DNA of 64,000 nucleotides from Thraustochytrium aureum (taxonomy: Eukaryota). Numbering within the stretch: position 1 is the stretch's first letter; every line of letters starts with the position of its first letter. A program made the position numbers and the translations under genes. The notes under the pieces are model-generated. The model worked only from the letters and a program-made list of their open reading frames with translations. It was not told the origin of the DNA and did no database searches. Location: positions 118,673 to 182,672 of the forward strand of contig BLSG01000080.1 of assembly GCA_012862495.1 (NCBI GenBank), read 5' to 3'. This document shows, piece after piece, positions 13,405 to 27,427 of the stretch.

Positions 13405-15181
13405 TTTCTCTCCTTGCCGCGCAGACGCTCGGTGTTGCTTGGAAGCCTGCGGCAGTGCAGCGCGCAAGATAGGGGTCTGCCTGGCTGCTTGTCTGCGTAC
13501 CTGTCACCCCGGGGTCGCTCGAAAATGATGTTTAGATCGCTTTCCGTGCAGAGGAGGAAGGAGCGCTCGAGTGCGCTGTGGGGCCGGCGCCTGTCGCGTG
13601 CACCTGTGGCGCACTTTGACGACGGCGTTCAAGTTGCCGCTCTGCAGACGCGAGAAGCAAGTGGAACGACGGCGCAGTGATCTGGTTCTCGCTCGTCCGT
13701 CGCGACCGACCGTTCACAGGCCACGTGTCGTCGCGTCGCCCGTTGCCGTTGTTGCTGTCCTTTTTCGGTCTGCTCGGGGACTCGTGCGGCTTGCGAGCGC
13801 CGTCGAACGCAGTCAGTCTGTCAGTCCCTGGCGATGAGAAGGGAATGCCGAAATCGCCTTGTCGCCCGCCGGCCCTCACAGCTCGACCCGTGCGTCACGA
13901 GGAGGGGACGATGCCTTGTACCTCTGCGAGCGGCGGTCTCTCCGCCCCAGAACACGACGCAACGCCGGCAAAGCAGGCAAAGCAGGGTGGTCGGGCGGCT
14001 GGCGTCGCTGTCCAAGCCTGCTCCGGCGCGCTCAAGGTGCAGCAGTCCGAACTGCCTCGGTCGCGTCGCCCTCCTTTCGCGGCGTGCTGCTGGCGTCTTT
14101 CGCCCGATCTTCCTCCTCTGTCTGCTCTGCTCAGGTGGGAAGCGCAACCTGGCGCTGGGTGCGCTGCGCGGTCTGCGGTCTGTCTGCCTGCGTGCTTGAT
14201 TTGCAGCCTTGCCTGCCGGCCTTTTGCGAGTCTGTGACGAGGCGCTGCGGAGAGTCTCGCTTCTCCGAGCAGAACACCCTCCCCTCCCTCCTCCTCCCCC
14301 TCCTCCTGAGGCTCCTGAGGCTCCTCAGGCTCTTGGAGGCCCTCTCTCGGGCGAGCCAAGCGCCGTGTCTCCCTCCCTCTAGCGAGCGAGGAGGGAGTAC
14401 ACTCCGTCGTGCAGTCAACCAGCCGCCGGCGCCTCAAGAGCTGCGCGGCCTGCCTCTGCTGCTGGCGCAGGACATTTGGAGCGCGCGCAGGAGGCCTCCA
14501 CTCGCGAGGCGTCGCGCCGCTCTGACTCGCGGGCTGCCCGACAAGTGGTTCTCCTCTGCTGCCGGGAGCGGAGGGCCGACGGCCTGGCCCGATGCGCGCC
14601 CACGGGCGTCCTGTCCTGTCTCTCGCGGCAAGCTCGCTAGCTCGAGGGGCTGCGGGCGGTCGGTCTCCTTTTCTTGCTCGGCTGAGCGGCTGCGACGCAG
14701 GTGTGGACTGCGCGGGGGCGGCAGGGCAAGTCCCGTCCACGCGACGGACACTAGAAACCCGTGCAGGCATCGTCGTGGCGGCCTTGGTTGAGCCGGTCGC
14801 CGTGGGCTAGGCCCCGTGGCCCCTAGGGCGTCTCCCGGAGCGAGGGCGTGCTGCCGATCCAGGTGCAGAGGATTCGCTGCTTCTGAAACCGCTCNNNNNN
14901 NNNNNNNNNNNNNNNNNNNNNNNNNNNNNNNNNNNNNNNNNNNNNNNNNNNNNNNNNNNNNNNNNNNNNNNNNNNNNNNNNNNNNNNNNNNNNNNNNNNN
15001 NNNNNNNNNNNNNNNNNNNNNNNNNNNNNNNNNNNNNNNNNNNNNNNNNNNNNNNNNNNNNNNNNNNNNNNNNNNNNNNNNNNNNNNNNNNNNNNNNGTA
15101 CTCGTCGTATGTCAAGACCAGAGCTAGAGTACCTTCGGCAAGAGCTACTACTCTAGAGCTCGAGCTACCACGACGACTTGA

Positions 15182-15212
<31 letters not shown>

Positions 15213-16080
15213 TGCCTGGTGAAGGAAGGGAGGAAGGCAGGAAGGAAGGAAAGAGGAGGAGGAAGGCGGCTCGCAGACAGCAAATGTCCGCAAGCGCATC
15301 GCGATCAATCAGCAACGAATCCAGCCCGACCCGGGGAGACGCCCTTCCCTGGCGAACGCTGAACCCCTTCGTTTCAGTCTGCGTTCGTCCGGCGCGAGTC
15401 ACTTAGGGCCCGCGTGACGTGCACCGGGGTGGGCGGGAAACGCGCGGCGACGCGACTCCGGGTCTTTCAGCGCTGCTCAAGAGCCCGCCCTACTCCCGAG
15501 GAAGATTGCAAATCAACGAGCAGCGCGTGAGTGGAGCGAGGAGGCAGAGTGAGTACTACTCCTCTGCCGACGCTTCGCTCTTTGTTCGCCAGTCTTGTGT
15601 TTGGGTTTGTGTGATTGTGTGGGCCATGTTGACACGGAAACGCGGAAAGTAAGAGAAGAAAAAGAAAGGAGGAAAATGTGTGAGTGCGTGAGCCGGTTGA
15701 CACGGAAAGTTGCAGAAAGTTTGGGAACGTTCTTCTGAATTCTGTGAATATTTCTGAATTGGAGCTTGGCCATGATGCGACGCCCGAACTCGGTGCCTTT
15801 ATCTACTGTCCACCTGGCGCCCGCTTGTTCTCGCCTGGCCTGCTCTTGTTACCGAGCATGGTGTTCCTAAGAACGCTCCGCAACGAACGGAACGTCAGGG
15901 GAGGCTCCCAGGTCCAAAGTGTTCCGTCTGTTCGCCGCGGGTACCCGGAGGAGTTCGTACCTACCGGTACCAGCAGTCGATACCCACACCCACACCACAC
16001 GTGGCCGCCCAAGAAACCAATCTCGCTATAAGTACCCAACACGTGGCCGTAGCCGCCTGAGCGCAGCAATCAGGTCCGCA

Positions 16081-18073
16081 CTAGGTCCGCATACGCGCGA
16101 TGATGTACTCTGCGGCGCGGCACAAGCCATGCGACGCACCAAAGTTCTCGCGGCGGATCAGCAGAGCCTCCTTCGCGAGCTTGGACGCCAGAACAAGCTC
16201 GCCCTGCTTCTCCCGAGTGAGCGCCATGTTGTAAAGCGTGGTGGCAACGTCGGGGTGCCCCGCCCCAAGCTTTTCGCGTCGAATCGCCAGCGCCTCGTCA
16301 AAGCAACGGTGGGCCTCTTCAAAGCGGCCCATCGTGCCAAGCGTGTTGCCCATGTTGTTCAGAAACGCAGCGACACGCGCGTGCCGCGCCCCGTGCCGCG
16401 CCCGCGTAACCGCCAAGCAATCCTCGTAAAGAGCGAGCGCCTCTGGGAGCTCTTTGTTGCGGTCCAGCACAGCCGCCAAGCCAGCACGCGTTGAGAGCAC
16501 AAGAGGATCGTCTGCGTCGAGCAGCAGCTCGCGCGTGGCCAGCGCCTCGCTGAAGCCCCGCCGCGCCTCCGCGAGCTCGTTTCGCCGGTACTTTACGGCA
16601 GCAATACCGTGCGTGGCGGTTGCGATTTGCAACTCGTTCTTTGCCGCACGCGCCACCTGCATGGCGCGTTCAAAGTCGTGCAAGGCAAGGTCGAGCTCGT
16701 TCTTCCTCAGCCGCGCCGGCCCAGTGGCCTCCAGCAGCGTCTCGGCGACGAGGGAGTTGTCCTTGCCCAAAATGGCCTCGCGCCCCGCGAGAGCCGCTGC
16801 GCCGTACTCCAGGGCGCGGTCAAACGCGCCCTGGTCGATCAAGAGTCGCGCCGCCTGGTGCTGCAAGGCCGCGGCGCGCAGCTTGCCCTCTCGCGAACCC
16901 GTCCTCGCGCACTCCTCCACCTCCGCGTCCACTGCGGCCGCGGTGGAGGTAGCAAGCCACTCGCGAAGCTTGCCAAGCACCGCCGCGTTAAGCCGCACAA
17001 AGCCCCCATCTAGCCTCGAGATCGCGTCCTGGATATCAGNNNNNNNNNNNNNNNNNNNNNNNNNNNNNNNNNNNNNNNNNNNNNNNNNNNNNNNNNNNNN
17101 NNNNNNNNNNNNNNNNNNNNNNNNNNNNNNNNNNNNNNNNNNNNNNNNNNNNNNNNNNNNNNNNNNNCTGGATATCAGCCAGGTCGCTCTCGTTGTAGCA
17201 CTGCGCCGCTCGCATGTCGATGTCCGCGATGGTCTGCCCGACCCTGTCAAAGTCCTCCATGAGCGTCGCCGTGAGCACGTGCGACTCGCCTGGGCGGAAG
17301 GCCAAGTCAAGGTCCTTTTCCACTCGCGCGGCGCCATAGATCTCCCAGACGCACCAAGCCCTCGTCAGCGGCGCTGGGTCCAGCCACGAGTCCATGAAGA
17401 CGACGCGGCCCTCGAATCGGGCGATGGCTTTGTGCAGCCCCGTGTACAGCAGCTGCTCTCGCGTTTTCTTCACCTCGGCGGCGGCGTCTCCGAGCAGCAG
17501 CAGCGGCTGATTGGACGACATAAAGTCGGTCCACACAAAGCACTTTGCAAGGTCGCGCGTGCCAAAGTACTCGGCGAGGCCGCCGACCAGGTCCGCGAAG
17601 CGAGACTTGCGCGCCTGGCTCACAAACGTGCCCTGGAACTCTTTCCCTACGTGCAGCGGGTCGACGAGGTCCAGGTAGAACGACATGTTGCCTGTGCAAC
17701 GCGCCACGACTTCGTACTCGCACACATCCTCTGTCGTCCAGTCGCCCCGCTTCTTGAGGGCGACCTGGCCGGGCTCCACCAGGACCTCGGCCGTGTGGAA
17801 CGCTATGCGAAGGCGCAACTTGCCGTCGCCCCTGCGCTCGATAACCTTGCCCGTCCGGCCCGCCACGTCGAGCGCCTCGTCCGTGACGACGACGAGCTCT
17901 GTGCCTTGGGCCGCGCTTCCGTCTGCGACTCGCGCCGCGAGCGTCTGCAAGAACGCCACGGAGACCCCTCGGTATTGAACGATCTCGTTGCTCCGCGGCG
18001 CCTCCGCGTCTGCGGCCTCCAGCGACCTGGCCCCGCTCAGCCGCTTGCTCACGCGCCGGAGGTACCCGGCCAT
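16081..18073 (-). CDS. TPR-repeat protein (kinesin-light-chain/NPHP3-like repeats) with an N-terminal 'LTRAWCVWE' domain; spans a false gap
   Basis: C-terminal repeats (AFLNNMGNTL..MGRFEEA; LGAGHPDVATTLYNMA). N-terminal FVSQA/FVWTDFMSSNQ/PLTRAWCVWEI. An 11-nt overlap flanks the gap. Confidence 0.85.
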
Positions 18074-18515
18074 CGCAAGCTGGTTTCTGTTCTGCACTCG
18101 CAGTGCAGGCTGGCTTGCACACCTGGCAGCTGCCAGTGCACCTTCCTTACTCGGTCCTTTCCAGAGCTAGTACTTCGGTACATACAGCAGTACCGGTACA
18201 TGCCGGGAGCAGCGGAGAGCCCGGTGGAGGAGGTCTCCGAGGACGACCCTGGTAAGTAGGCCTAGCTCGAGGCCCCCGCGCCGCACCGTGTCGTGGCCGG
18301 TTACGAGTAGTGGGGGTTCTGTTCTGGCGCTGCTGTCGCGGCCTTCGCTCTGTTCGGCGGCGTGCCAGTATCTTCCGAGATTTTTTCGCTGCCAACAACA
18401 GTGGGTACGCACGTGGTAGTGCTGACAGTGGCACGAACGTCGCGGCGTGCCGGTGCAAAGGTCGCGCCAGCGCTGGGCCCCTGAGCTTGCGACGTTCGCG
18501 AAGGAGACAACCACC

Positions 18516-19448
18516 ATGAGGGCCACGCCTCGCGCGAGCGCGCTGCTGGCGCTGGCTGCGGTGCTCCTTCTAGCCAAAACTGTCGCCGCGCTGACCGTCC
18601 GGGAGCGGTTTGCACGAGTCCTGGGCCTCACGGAGCGCAAAGCGCAACCGGCGAGCGACGCGGTTCTTGTCGTCGGGGCCGGGTTCGGCCGCACTGGCAC
18701 AGCGAGCCTAAAGGCGGCTCTCGAGACCCTCGGATTCCGGACCCACCACATGCTTGAGGTGTATCCGAGCGCGAGTCAGTCCAGCGCCGTGATCGAATAC
18801 CTCAAAGGCAACGACCCTGGCGCGGAGAAGTTTATCAACAGGATCCTTGCGGACGGGTTTAACGCCACGACGGACTTTCCGGCGTGCCTTATCTGGGAAG
18901 AGCTGGCCAACAAGTTTCCTCAGAGCAAAGTGGTGTTGACGACGCGCGAGTCGCCACAGCAGTGGTTTCGCAGTTTCTCCACGCTGATGTCGATGTCGGC
19001 GGTGTTCAACAGCCTGCCATTCCGCCGAATGTCTTTGCCGATGACTGCTATCGTGCACAATATCCTGAGCGGCAACTGCAGTTACGAGGACGTGATGTGG
19101 GAGCCCTGGTACATGCCTTGGGTGTCGCTTGTCACGGAGCGTCACCTCAACGAGCCGGAGTGCATCGCGTTCTACACCAACCACGTCGCCAAGGTTCGCG
19201 CGGCGGTCCCCAAGGATCGCCTGCTCGACTTTTCTGTGAAGCAGGGCTGGGGCCCGCTTTGCGACTTCCTTTGCGTCCCTGTGCCGGACACTCCGTTCCC
19301 CAACTCGAATTCGTCCGAGGACCTCTTGAGCTTTAGGGTCATGTTGACCGCGATCGCAGTCGCTTATCCTCTCATCGTCTTGGTGCCTCTGTTTGCGCTG
19401 TGGCGGTGTTGCAGGCCTCGCAGGGCTCTCAAGGCCAAGACGCAGTAG
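18516..19448 (+). CDS. Membrane-anchored P-loop sulfotransferase-family protein, copy 1
   Basis: Signal-like N-terminus, VVGAGFGRTGTASLKAALETLG, DFPAC..WEEL..KFP.SKVVLTTR, VPKDRLLDFSVKQGWGPLCDFL..PVPDTPFP, C-terminal TM helix. Confidence 0.9.
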   Translation: MRATPRASALLALAAVLLLAKTVAALTVRERFARVLGLTERKAQPASDAVLVVGAGFGRTGTASLKAALETLGFRTHHMLEVYPSASQSSAVIEYLKGNDPGAEKFINRILADGFNATTDFPACLIWEELANKFPQSKVVLTTRESPQQWFRSFSTLMSMSAVFNSLPFRRMSLPMTAIVHNILSGNCSYEDVMWEPWYMPWVSLVTERHLNEPECIAFYTNHVAKVRAAVPKDRLLDFSVKQGWGPLCDFLCVPVPDTPFPNSNSSEDLLSFRVMLTAIAVAYPLIVLVPLFALWRCCRPRRALKAKTQ

Positions 19449-19699
19449 GTGGGAAAGGGCTTGCTGCTAGTGCTCCTCGCGGCTCTTCCTTTCATCAGTC
19501 GGTATGGTACCTCCGTATGGTGAAGAGAGGAGCACTCGACTAGGTAGGCTACTGGCGCTCTCGTCGCGGCTCTCAATGAGGGCCGGCTGCAGGGGTGGCT
19601 GGCTGCTCTCGGGCAAAATCGCTCGCACCGCTCCCCCGTGAAACAAGTATCTTGCGCGGACTAGAACACAAGCCTCGAAACAATTTTGGACAATTAATG

Positions 19700-19865
19700 G
19701 GTACAGACGCATTGGGGATTTCATGAGATTTCCAGGACATCATCACGCCTGTCCTTCTTCTTCTGCTCCTGAGCGACGAACACCCAGCTCTACGCTTGCG
19801 CTTCATCTTCGCTGCCTGCTGCCGCTTGTCGCTGGCCCACTCCTCAATGGACCACTCGCTTGACA

Positions 19866-19901
<36 letters not shown>

Positions 19902-20260
19902 GGGACGCAGACCTGTTCCTCGTCCGAAAAGAACGCGTAGATTGTGTCGATGCAGGCTGTCACGCTCTCAGCAGACTCCATGCGCTCAAGCAACTCCTTG
20001 CCGTTGGCCTCTCGCCCGTGGTCCCACTTGCAGTTCGCGGCGAGAATTGTCAGCAGCTCGAAGCGGGCAGGACCCCATCCGCGGCTTGCCCGTTGCACTT
20101 TCAGAGCTTGGACGCATCTCGCATGGCCCGTCACCAGTGGGCCTCTCAGTCTGCCCTCTGTCATCGCGATCGTGCGTCCCCAACGCTGCTCATCTGGTCT
20201 GCTGCGCTCAAGCTCCTTTCTTCCGGTCTCGCGATCGGCGGCTGGTGCTCTGTCTTGCAC
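19700..20260 (-). CDS. Possible small hypothetical protein with poly-Asp tract
   Basis: 138-aa ORF 19844-20260 ending in a (GAC)n poly-D tract, with a possible frameshifted basic tail. No family recognised. Confidence 0.25.
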
Positions 20261-20901
20261 GTGAAATTATTCAGGCTTGTTGTTCTGGTTTGGTCCAACT
20301 ACTGGTACATACTCTACCGGCAAGCAGGCCTTGCCTCTTCAATGGCTACCAGTACCTACCTACTCGAGCGCTCGAGTACCTCTGAGCAAGGCCAGAGCCA
20401 CCCCTGCGACCGCGACCGCAGCCCACTTGTCGCCACCCCATGGCGCAAAACCCAAAAGCAGGCCTCTGTCTCCCCACAGGNNNNNNNNNNNNNNNNNNNN
20501 NNNNNNNNNNNNNNNNNNNNNNNNNNNNNNNNNNNNNNNNNNNNNNNNNNNNNNNNNNNNNNNNNNNNNNNNNNNNNNNNNNNNNNNNNNNNNNNNNNNN
20601 NNNNNNNNNNNNNNNNNNNNNNNNNNNNNNNNNNNNNNNNNNNNNNNNNNNNNNNNNNNNNNNNNNNNNNNNNNNNNNNNNNNNNNNNNNNNNNNNNNNN
20701 NNNNNNNNNNNNNNNNNNNNNNNNNNNNNNNNNNNNNNNNNNNNNNNNNNNNNNNNNNNNNNNNNNNNNNNNNNNNNNNNNNNNNNNNNNNNNNNNNNNN
20801 NNNNNNNNNNNNNNNNNNNNNNNNNNNNNNNNNNNNNNNNNNNNNNNNNNNNNNNNNNNNNNNNNNNNNNNNNNNNNNNNNNNNNNNNNNNNNNNNNNNN
20901 N

Positions 20902-21811
20902 NTCGTGCTGCCCGCACTGCTTGCCTCAGGGGCGCAGGCAGCCGACAACGTGTTTGCCAGATGGATAGGCAAAGTGGCTACGCTCGTGGCGCCGCTCTAC
21001 GAGAACGAGCCAGCTGAGGCGGTCAAGGTGATCGGAGCCGGGTTCGGCCGCACTGGGACGTCGAGCCTCAAGGTGGCTCTGGACAGACTCGGCTACAGAA
21101 CGCACCGCATGATTGAGGTCGTGACGCGCCCTGCACAACTGCGCACGGCATTCGAGTATCTCAGCGGGAACGACCCTGGAGCCGAACAATTCATCTCCCA
21201 GATTCTGGCTGACGGCTTTGACGCGACCATGGACCATCCGGGGTGCTTGATCTGGGAGGAGCTCATGAACAAGTTTCCAGATGCCAAAGTTATCCTCACA
21301 ACGCGCGAAAGCCCGGAAGCATGGCTCGCGAGCCTGAAGGCCCTCATGAACTTTGCGCGCGTCATGCGCAGCCAGCCGCTCGACTTCCTCATTGGGTCGT
21401 ACAAGATGCAGCACCAGATGTTTGTCGGCAAGTGCGACATGGAGGACACCATTTTGGGAACCGTGGTACATGCCCTGGGTGAGCCACGTGACGGAGCGCC
21501 GCATCCTCAACGACACCCAGTGCATCCAGTATTACAACGAACACGTCGCGCGCGTGCGGGCCACCGTGCCCAAGGAGCGCCTCCTGGACTTTTCCGTCAA
21601 GCAGGGCTGGGGCCCACTCTGCGCGTTTTTGGGGCACCCGGTCCCGGACGGCCCGTTCCCCCACATCAACTCAAAGTCCGAGCTCCTTGCAACCGAGTAC
21701 TTTTTCACCTTTGTGGCCGTCGCGTACCCGGCGCTCGCGCTTTTGCCCGTCCTGCTTCTCTGGAGGTGCTGCTGCGCTGGGCGGGGCGGCCGCAGACCGA
21801 AGACCGACTGA
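20902..21811 (+). CDS. Sulfotransferase-family protein, copy 2 (start in gap; extra T near 21453)
   Basis: Clear paralog of 18516-19448 (GAGFGRTGTSSLK, GNDPGAE, WEPWYMPWVS, KQGWGPLC). Confidence 0.9.
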
Positions 21812-23625
21812 GCGGACGCCCGCCGTGGCCAAGCCGTCTTGCGCCACAGTCCTGCCGGGCCAAACCCCAGCAGCTCGCGGTCGGCGTAGGTAACTAGCTA
21901 GCTAGAGGTAGAGTAACTGCACAGCTCATCCATCCCTTGTGCGATCGACGGACGATCACTCCCCGGCCTGAGAGGAGCCAACGCAAAAGGCCGCAAAAGG
22001 CCTGTTCCATCCAAGCACAGCTGTCACAGAGGAGACCTGAGAGGAGACCTTGAACGGAGGAGACGCTCAGAGCGAACCTACCAAAGAAGAGCCTGAGACG
22101 GTACAAAGGGACCGCCGCGGCATCGTCCTGCCCCCCAGAAGAAGCGAGCGGCTTCGAAACGCACGAACACCGTCACTGTGAGTACTGTGAGTAAGTAAAG
22201 TCACCAGCACAACTTGACGGGTGACCACTGCTGCCCTCCCAACAGTTCTCAGCACTTGAGCAAGTCTGGAGGCTCTGCCCACAGATCATCATCGCCCCCT
22301 CCGCCGCCCTCCTGTCCTGAACGTCTGATTCCCCCTTGCACCCTCGGCAAGAAACGGCCCAAACGCGAGTAACGTCGCTACAATCAAGTTGGATTTCCCC
22401 TCGCCTCCTCTCGGGCGCTCTGGAGGGCAAGTGAACGAGCCGAGAGACACCCACCCCTCCGCACACTCAGCGCGAGGCGGCGCCCAACGGCGGCTCTGCG
22501 CCCGCCGGCGNNNNNNNNNNNNNNNNNNNNNNNNNNNNNNNNNNNNNNNNNNNNNNNNNNNNNNNNNNNNNNNNNNNNNNNNNNNNNNNNNNNNNNNNNN
22601 NNNNNNNNNNNNNNNNNNNNNNNNNNNNNNNNNNNNNNNNNNNNNNNNNNNNNNNNNNNNNNNNNNNNNNNNNNNNNNNNNNNNNNNNNNNNNNNNNNNN
22701 NNNNNNNNNNNNNNNNNNNNNNNNNNNNNNNNNNNNNNNNNNNNNNNNNNNNNNNNNNNNNNNNNNNNNNNNNNNNNNNNNNNNNNNNNNNNNNNNNNNN
22801 NNNNNNNNNNNNNNNNNNNNNNNNNNNNNNNNNNNNNNNNNNNNNNNNNNNNNNNNNNNNNNNNNNNNNNNNNNNNNNNNNNNNNNNNNNNNNNNNNNNN
22901 NNNNNNNNNNNNNNNNNNNNNNNNNNNNNNNNNNNNNNNNNNNNNNNNNNNNNNNNNNNNNNNNNNNNNNNNNNNNNNNNNNNNNNNNNNNNNNNNNNNN
23001 NNNNNNNNNNNNNNAGAAGAGCGACGCCAACGGCGCGCGCGCGCGGACCTTCGCTCGGCCACTGGCTGGGCGGGGAGCGGAAAGGCGCGCTGGGCGGAAC
23101 GGGCTCAAGGTTCGTTTTGCCTTTTTTCTTCAATTGAATTTTTTTCACGGCCGGACGTCGCGGCGGGTGTAGAGTGCGGCAACAACCGAGCGGCCGAGGC
23201 TTGGCGCGAAATCAGGCCACGCGCTGTGGGGAAGACTCGGTTGATAGCAGTAAGTGTTCGAGGTAGTAAGGAGAGCGTCGGAGGACTGCCCTGTCGGCCA
23301 GAGCGCGGCTGCGCCCGCGCCTGCCAACGCGAGGGCAGCGGAGACCCACCGAGCGCGTTCCTTGTGGAGAGAGACCAAGAGGACTGCAGCGCTAGAGAGT
23401 CAAGGAGGAGCAAACAGTGAATTAACCGCCCCATGCTTCCCAGCGCACAGCGGGGCTCGCATTGGCCAGCGGCAGTAAAGTACGAAAAACGCGCCGCTCA
23501 GCCAAGCCAATCTGAATCCGCATCGAGCAAGTACGACGCCTGGGAGCGGCCAGCCAGCGTTCGTAAATCCTGCCTTTTCCAACGTGCAGCTACAGCAGCA
23601 GCAGCAGCAGCAGCTCCCCAGCAGC

Positions 23626-25831
23626 ATGGCGCACTTTTACGCCCAGGGCGGACGGGGCCTCTCGCACCTATACGCCAACGCCGGTCCAATCAACACTGCT
23701 GGGCTGCCCGGCAGTTACTACCCGCCTGGTTGGAGCACGCTAGAGTCCACTCGAGCGATGCTCGCGCAAACCGGGCGAATCGACGCCTCGCGCCTTGTCA
23801 GCCTAGGGAAGCACGACAGCAGCAGGAACGGGCAGCTGCAAGCCGGCCCAACTCGCCCCAGTTCGAGCTCCAGCGCAGACCGCGTGAGCCGCTTCAAGGT
23901 AAGTGGCCGCCCTCATCGCGCGACAAGCGCCAGAACGACAAACCAAATCGACCCTAACAGACTTGTCGCAACGCTCGCGTCCGCATTGTGCCGTGCGCGC
24001 GCAGGGCGTCAGTTGGGACAGCGTAGCGAATGCCTGGCGCGTCAAGATCAACTCTGTGCATATTGGCTACTTTGACGAGGAGATGGACGCGGCCCGTGCA
24101 TTTGACGAGGCGTCAATGACGATCCGCGGGGCAGGCCAGAACGTCGAGCTCAACTTTCCCCAGGGGATCATGCCGCAGGGCGCGAAAATAGCGGCCAAAG
24201 CACACTACATCTCGCGGAGCGAGCCGCAGACCCGCGGGACCTCCGCTTACCGTGGGGTGCTCTGGGACAAGACGGCGAGGTCCTGGCGCGCCAAAATCAA
24301 GCACAAAGGCAAGACCAAGTACCTCGGGCTGCACCAATGTGAGATTGCTGCTGCGCGCGCCTACGACAAAGCCGTCCTCGAGCTACGGGGCGAAACTGCT
24401 CATGTCAACTTCCCCGCCGACGCAAAGCTGGAGACTGATGCCGAGCAGCCTTTAAGCGAGCTCCAGGCCAAGCTCCGCAAGGCGCGAGCCATGATCGCAA
24501 GCGAGGTGTGGCTTCCTGAGGACGACAACCTCTTCTTGCGCGAGATGAAGCGAGACGCAGTCCTCCGCGCAGAAGCCTTACGCGCCAGCACTCTCGTCCC
24601 AGTCAAAGGCTCGAGCGTGCACGCCCTGTTGATGCGCTTGGCGCGCGCAACGCGGCGCGACCCCATCTTGGTTGGCGCACGAGTTGCTGTGTTGGCCGAC
24701 GGCGATCGCGAGACGCTCACGCTTGAATCGTTCAACAGCCCTATGTACAACGCAAGCGCAATGGCCTCGCTTCTTACGAAACGAAACGCGCGAGAGCGCT
24801 CGGCAATATCGGGCCCCAACGAGCTCGAGAGGGGAGCCCTCGGCGGGCCTGGGTCGGTGTCGTCTACTTCGGCAAGCCGTCTCGCCAGCAACATCATGTC
24901 GCCCGAGGCCTACATGAACCTGCTTGACCGCCTCGCGGCCAAGCTGGAGGAGGGTACGGACTGCAATGAAAAGCCCAACACCGGCGAGGACCAAGCGGAA
25001 TTCGCAAAGGCGCTCACAATGCTGACGGACGCGGTACGGAAGCGGACGGCTACCTCCGCCCCCAACAAGGACGTGGACAAGAGCAAGAGCAACGACACGG
25101 ACTCAGCGTCGGAGCGTGGCGACGAGGACGACAGCGCAGAGGCCTTGCTTGAGGACAAACAACTCTTGCAAACTGTTGCAGAGCAGATTCGGCCTTCGGT
25201 GATCGTGGCCGAAATCAGGCGCGCGATCCAGGAGGACACTCGAGCGGCGGTCGCTGCAAGCTCCGCCTCAGACGCAAAGGTCGCCAAGCCAGCAACGTCT
25301 TCTCCTCAAGCCACGGAGAACGGCTCTCCGCCCGGCAAGCCGAACAGCGAGGGGGGAGCCCAAGGCGAGCCCGGCGAGGGCGTCGAGCAGGATGTCGCCA
25401 ATTCGGAGGGCGCAAAGGAAGTTGCTCAGGAAGTCGCCCAGGAAGGTGCCCAGGAAGATGCCAAGTCGGACGGCGCAAAGGAGGTCGCCCAGGAAGGTGC
25501 CCAGTCAGACGGCGCAAAGGAGGTCGCCCAGGAAGCTTTCAAGTCGGACGGCGCCAAGTCGGACGGCGCAAAGGAGGTCGCCAAGTCCGCAGACACCGCG
25601 GACATCACGCAATCCTCCGACGGCAAGCACGCCAGAAGGAATCCTGACAAGCTGGAAAAGTCTCGCAAGCGTCGCAAGCTCATCCGCAACGAAGTCGAGG
25701 TCTGCGTCGCCGACATGGTGCGCTCCGAGCTTGCCAAGGCCATCCCTGCGATTGTCGACGCGCTCAAGGCGCCGCCCTCTGCAGCAGCTGCCCCGCCCGC
25801 TCCTGTGTCAAGTGCCGAGACGACCAAATAG
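23626..25831 (+). CDS. Double AP2/ERF-domain transcription factor, intron 23899-24004
   Basis: SRFK|GVSWD..NAWRVKI..HIGYFDEEMDAARAFD..LNFP and TSAYRGVLWDK..SWRAKI..YLG..AARAYDKA..VNFP. Acidic repeats and an NLS-like RKRRK near the C-terminus. The start codon is uncertain. Confidence 0.9.
23899..24004 (+). other. Spliceosomal intron in the AP2 gene (106 nt)
   Basis: GTAAGT donor, CCTAAC branch-like site near 23953, GCGCAG acceptor. Splicing restores SRFKGVSW. Confidence 0.88.
25400..25590 (+). repeat. Coding repeat (S[D/E]GAKEVAQE units) in the AP2 gene
   Basis: About four copies of (tcg/tca)gacggcgcaaaggaggtcgcc with variable spacers. Confidence 0.8.
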
Positions 25832-26140
25832 TGCAACGCACCGGAGGCCGGATCGGCCGCGGTTGCGGTGGCCGAATCGGAGGCCAAGGATTGAGTCGCT
25901 GGGTTTCGAGCAGCATGGAGTCTGCGCAAGCAGGGTGTTTCCCTGTTGGCGAGCCGGCCGCCGCCAAGGTTTGGAATCAGAGTCGTGGGCAGCCACCGCC
26001 TGGAGGAAGAAGAAAGAAAATGAACAGGTTACGTGTTTCATCCATAGCAATCAACGCTCTCTGCTCCGTTGGAAACAGGGGTCGGCGGCCCTAGTCGACC
26101 AAGCATCTAAAGCACCTCGATACGCGCACAGGCGCGACCG

Positions 26141-27427
<1,287 letters not shown>

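Noticed and set aside
13532..16069. Several 100-310 aa ORFs upstream of PP2C
   Set aside because: They are low-complexity Arg/Ala/Pro-rich translations without motifs, and the region contains microsatellites typical of UTR or intergenic DNA.
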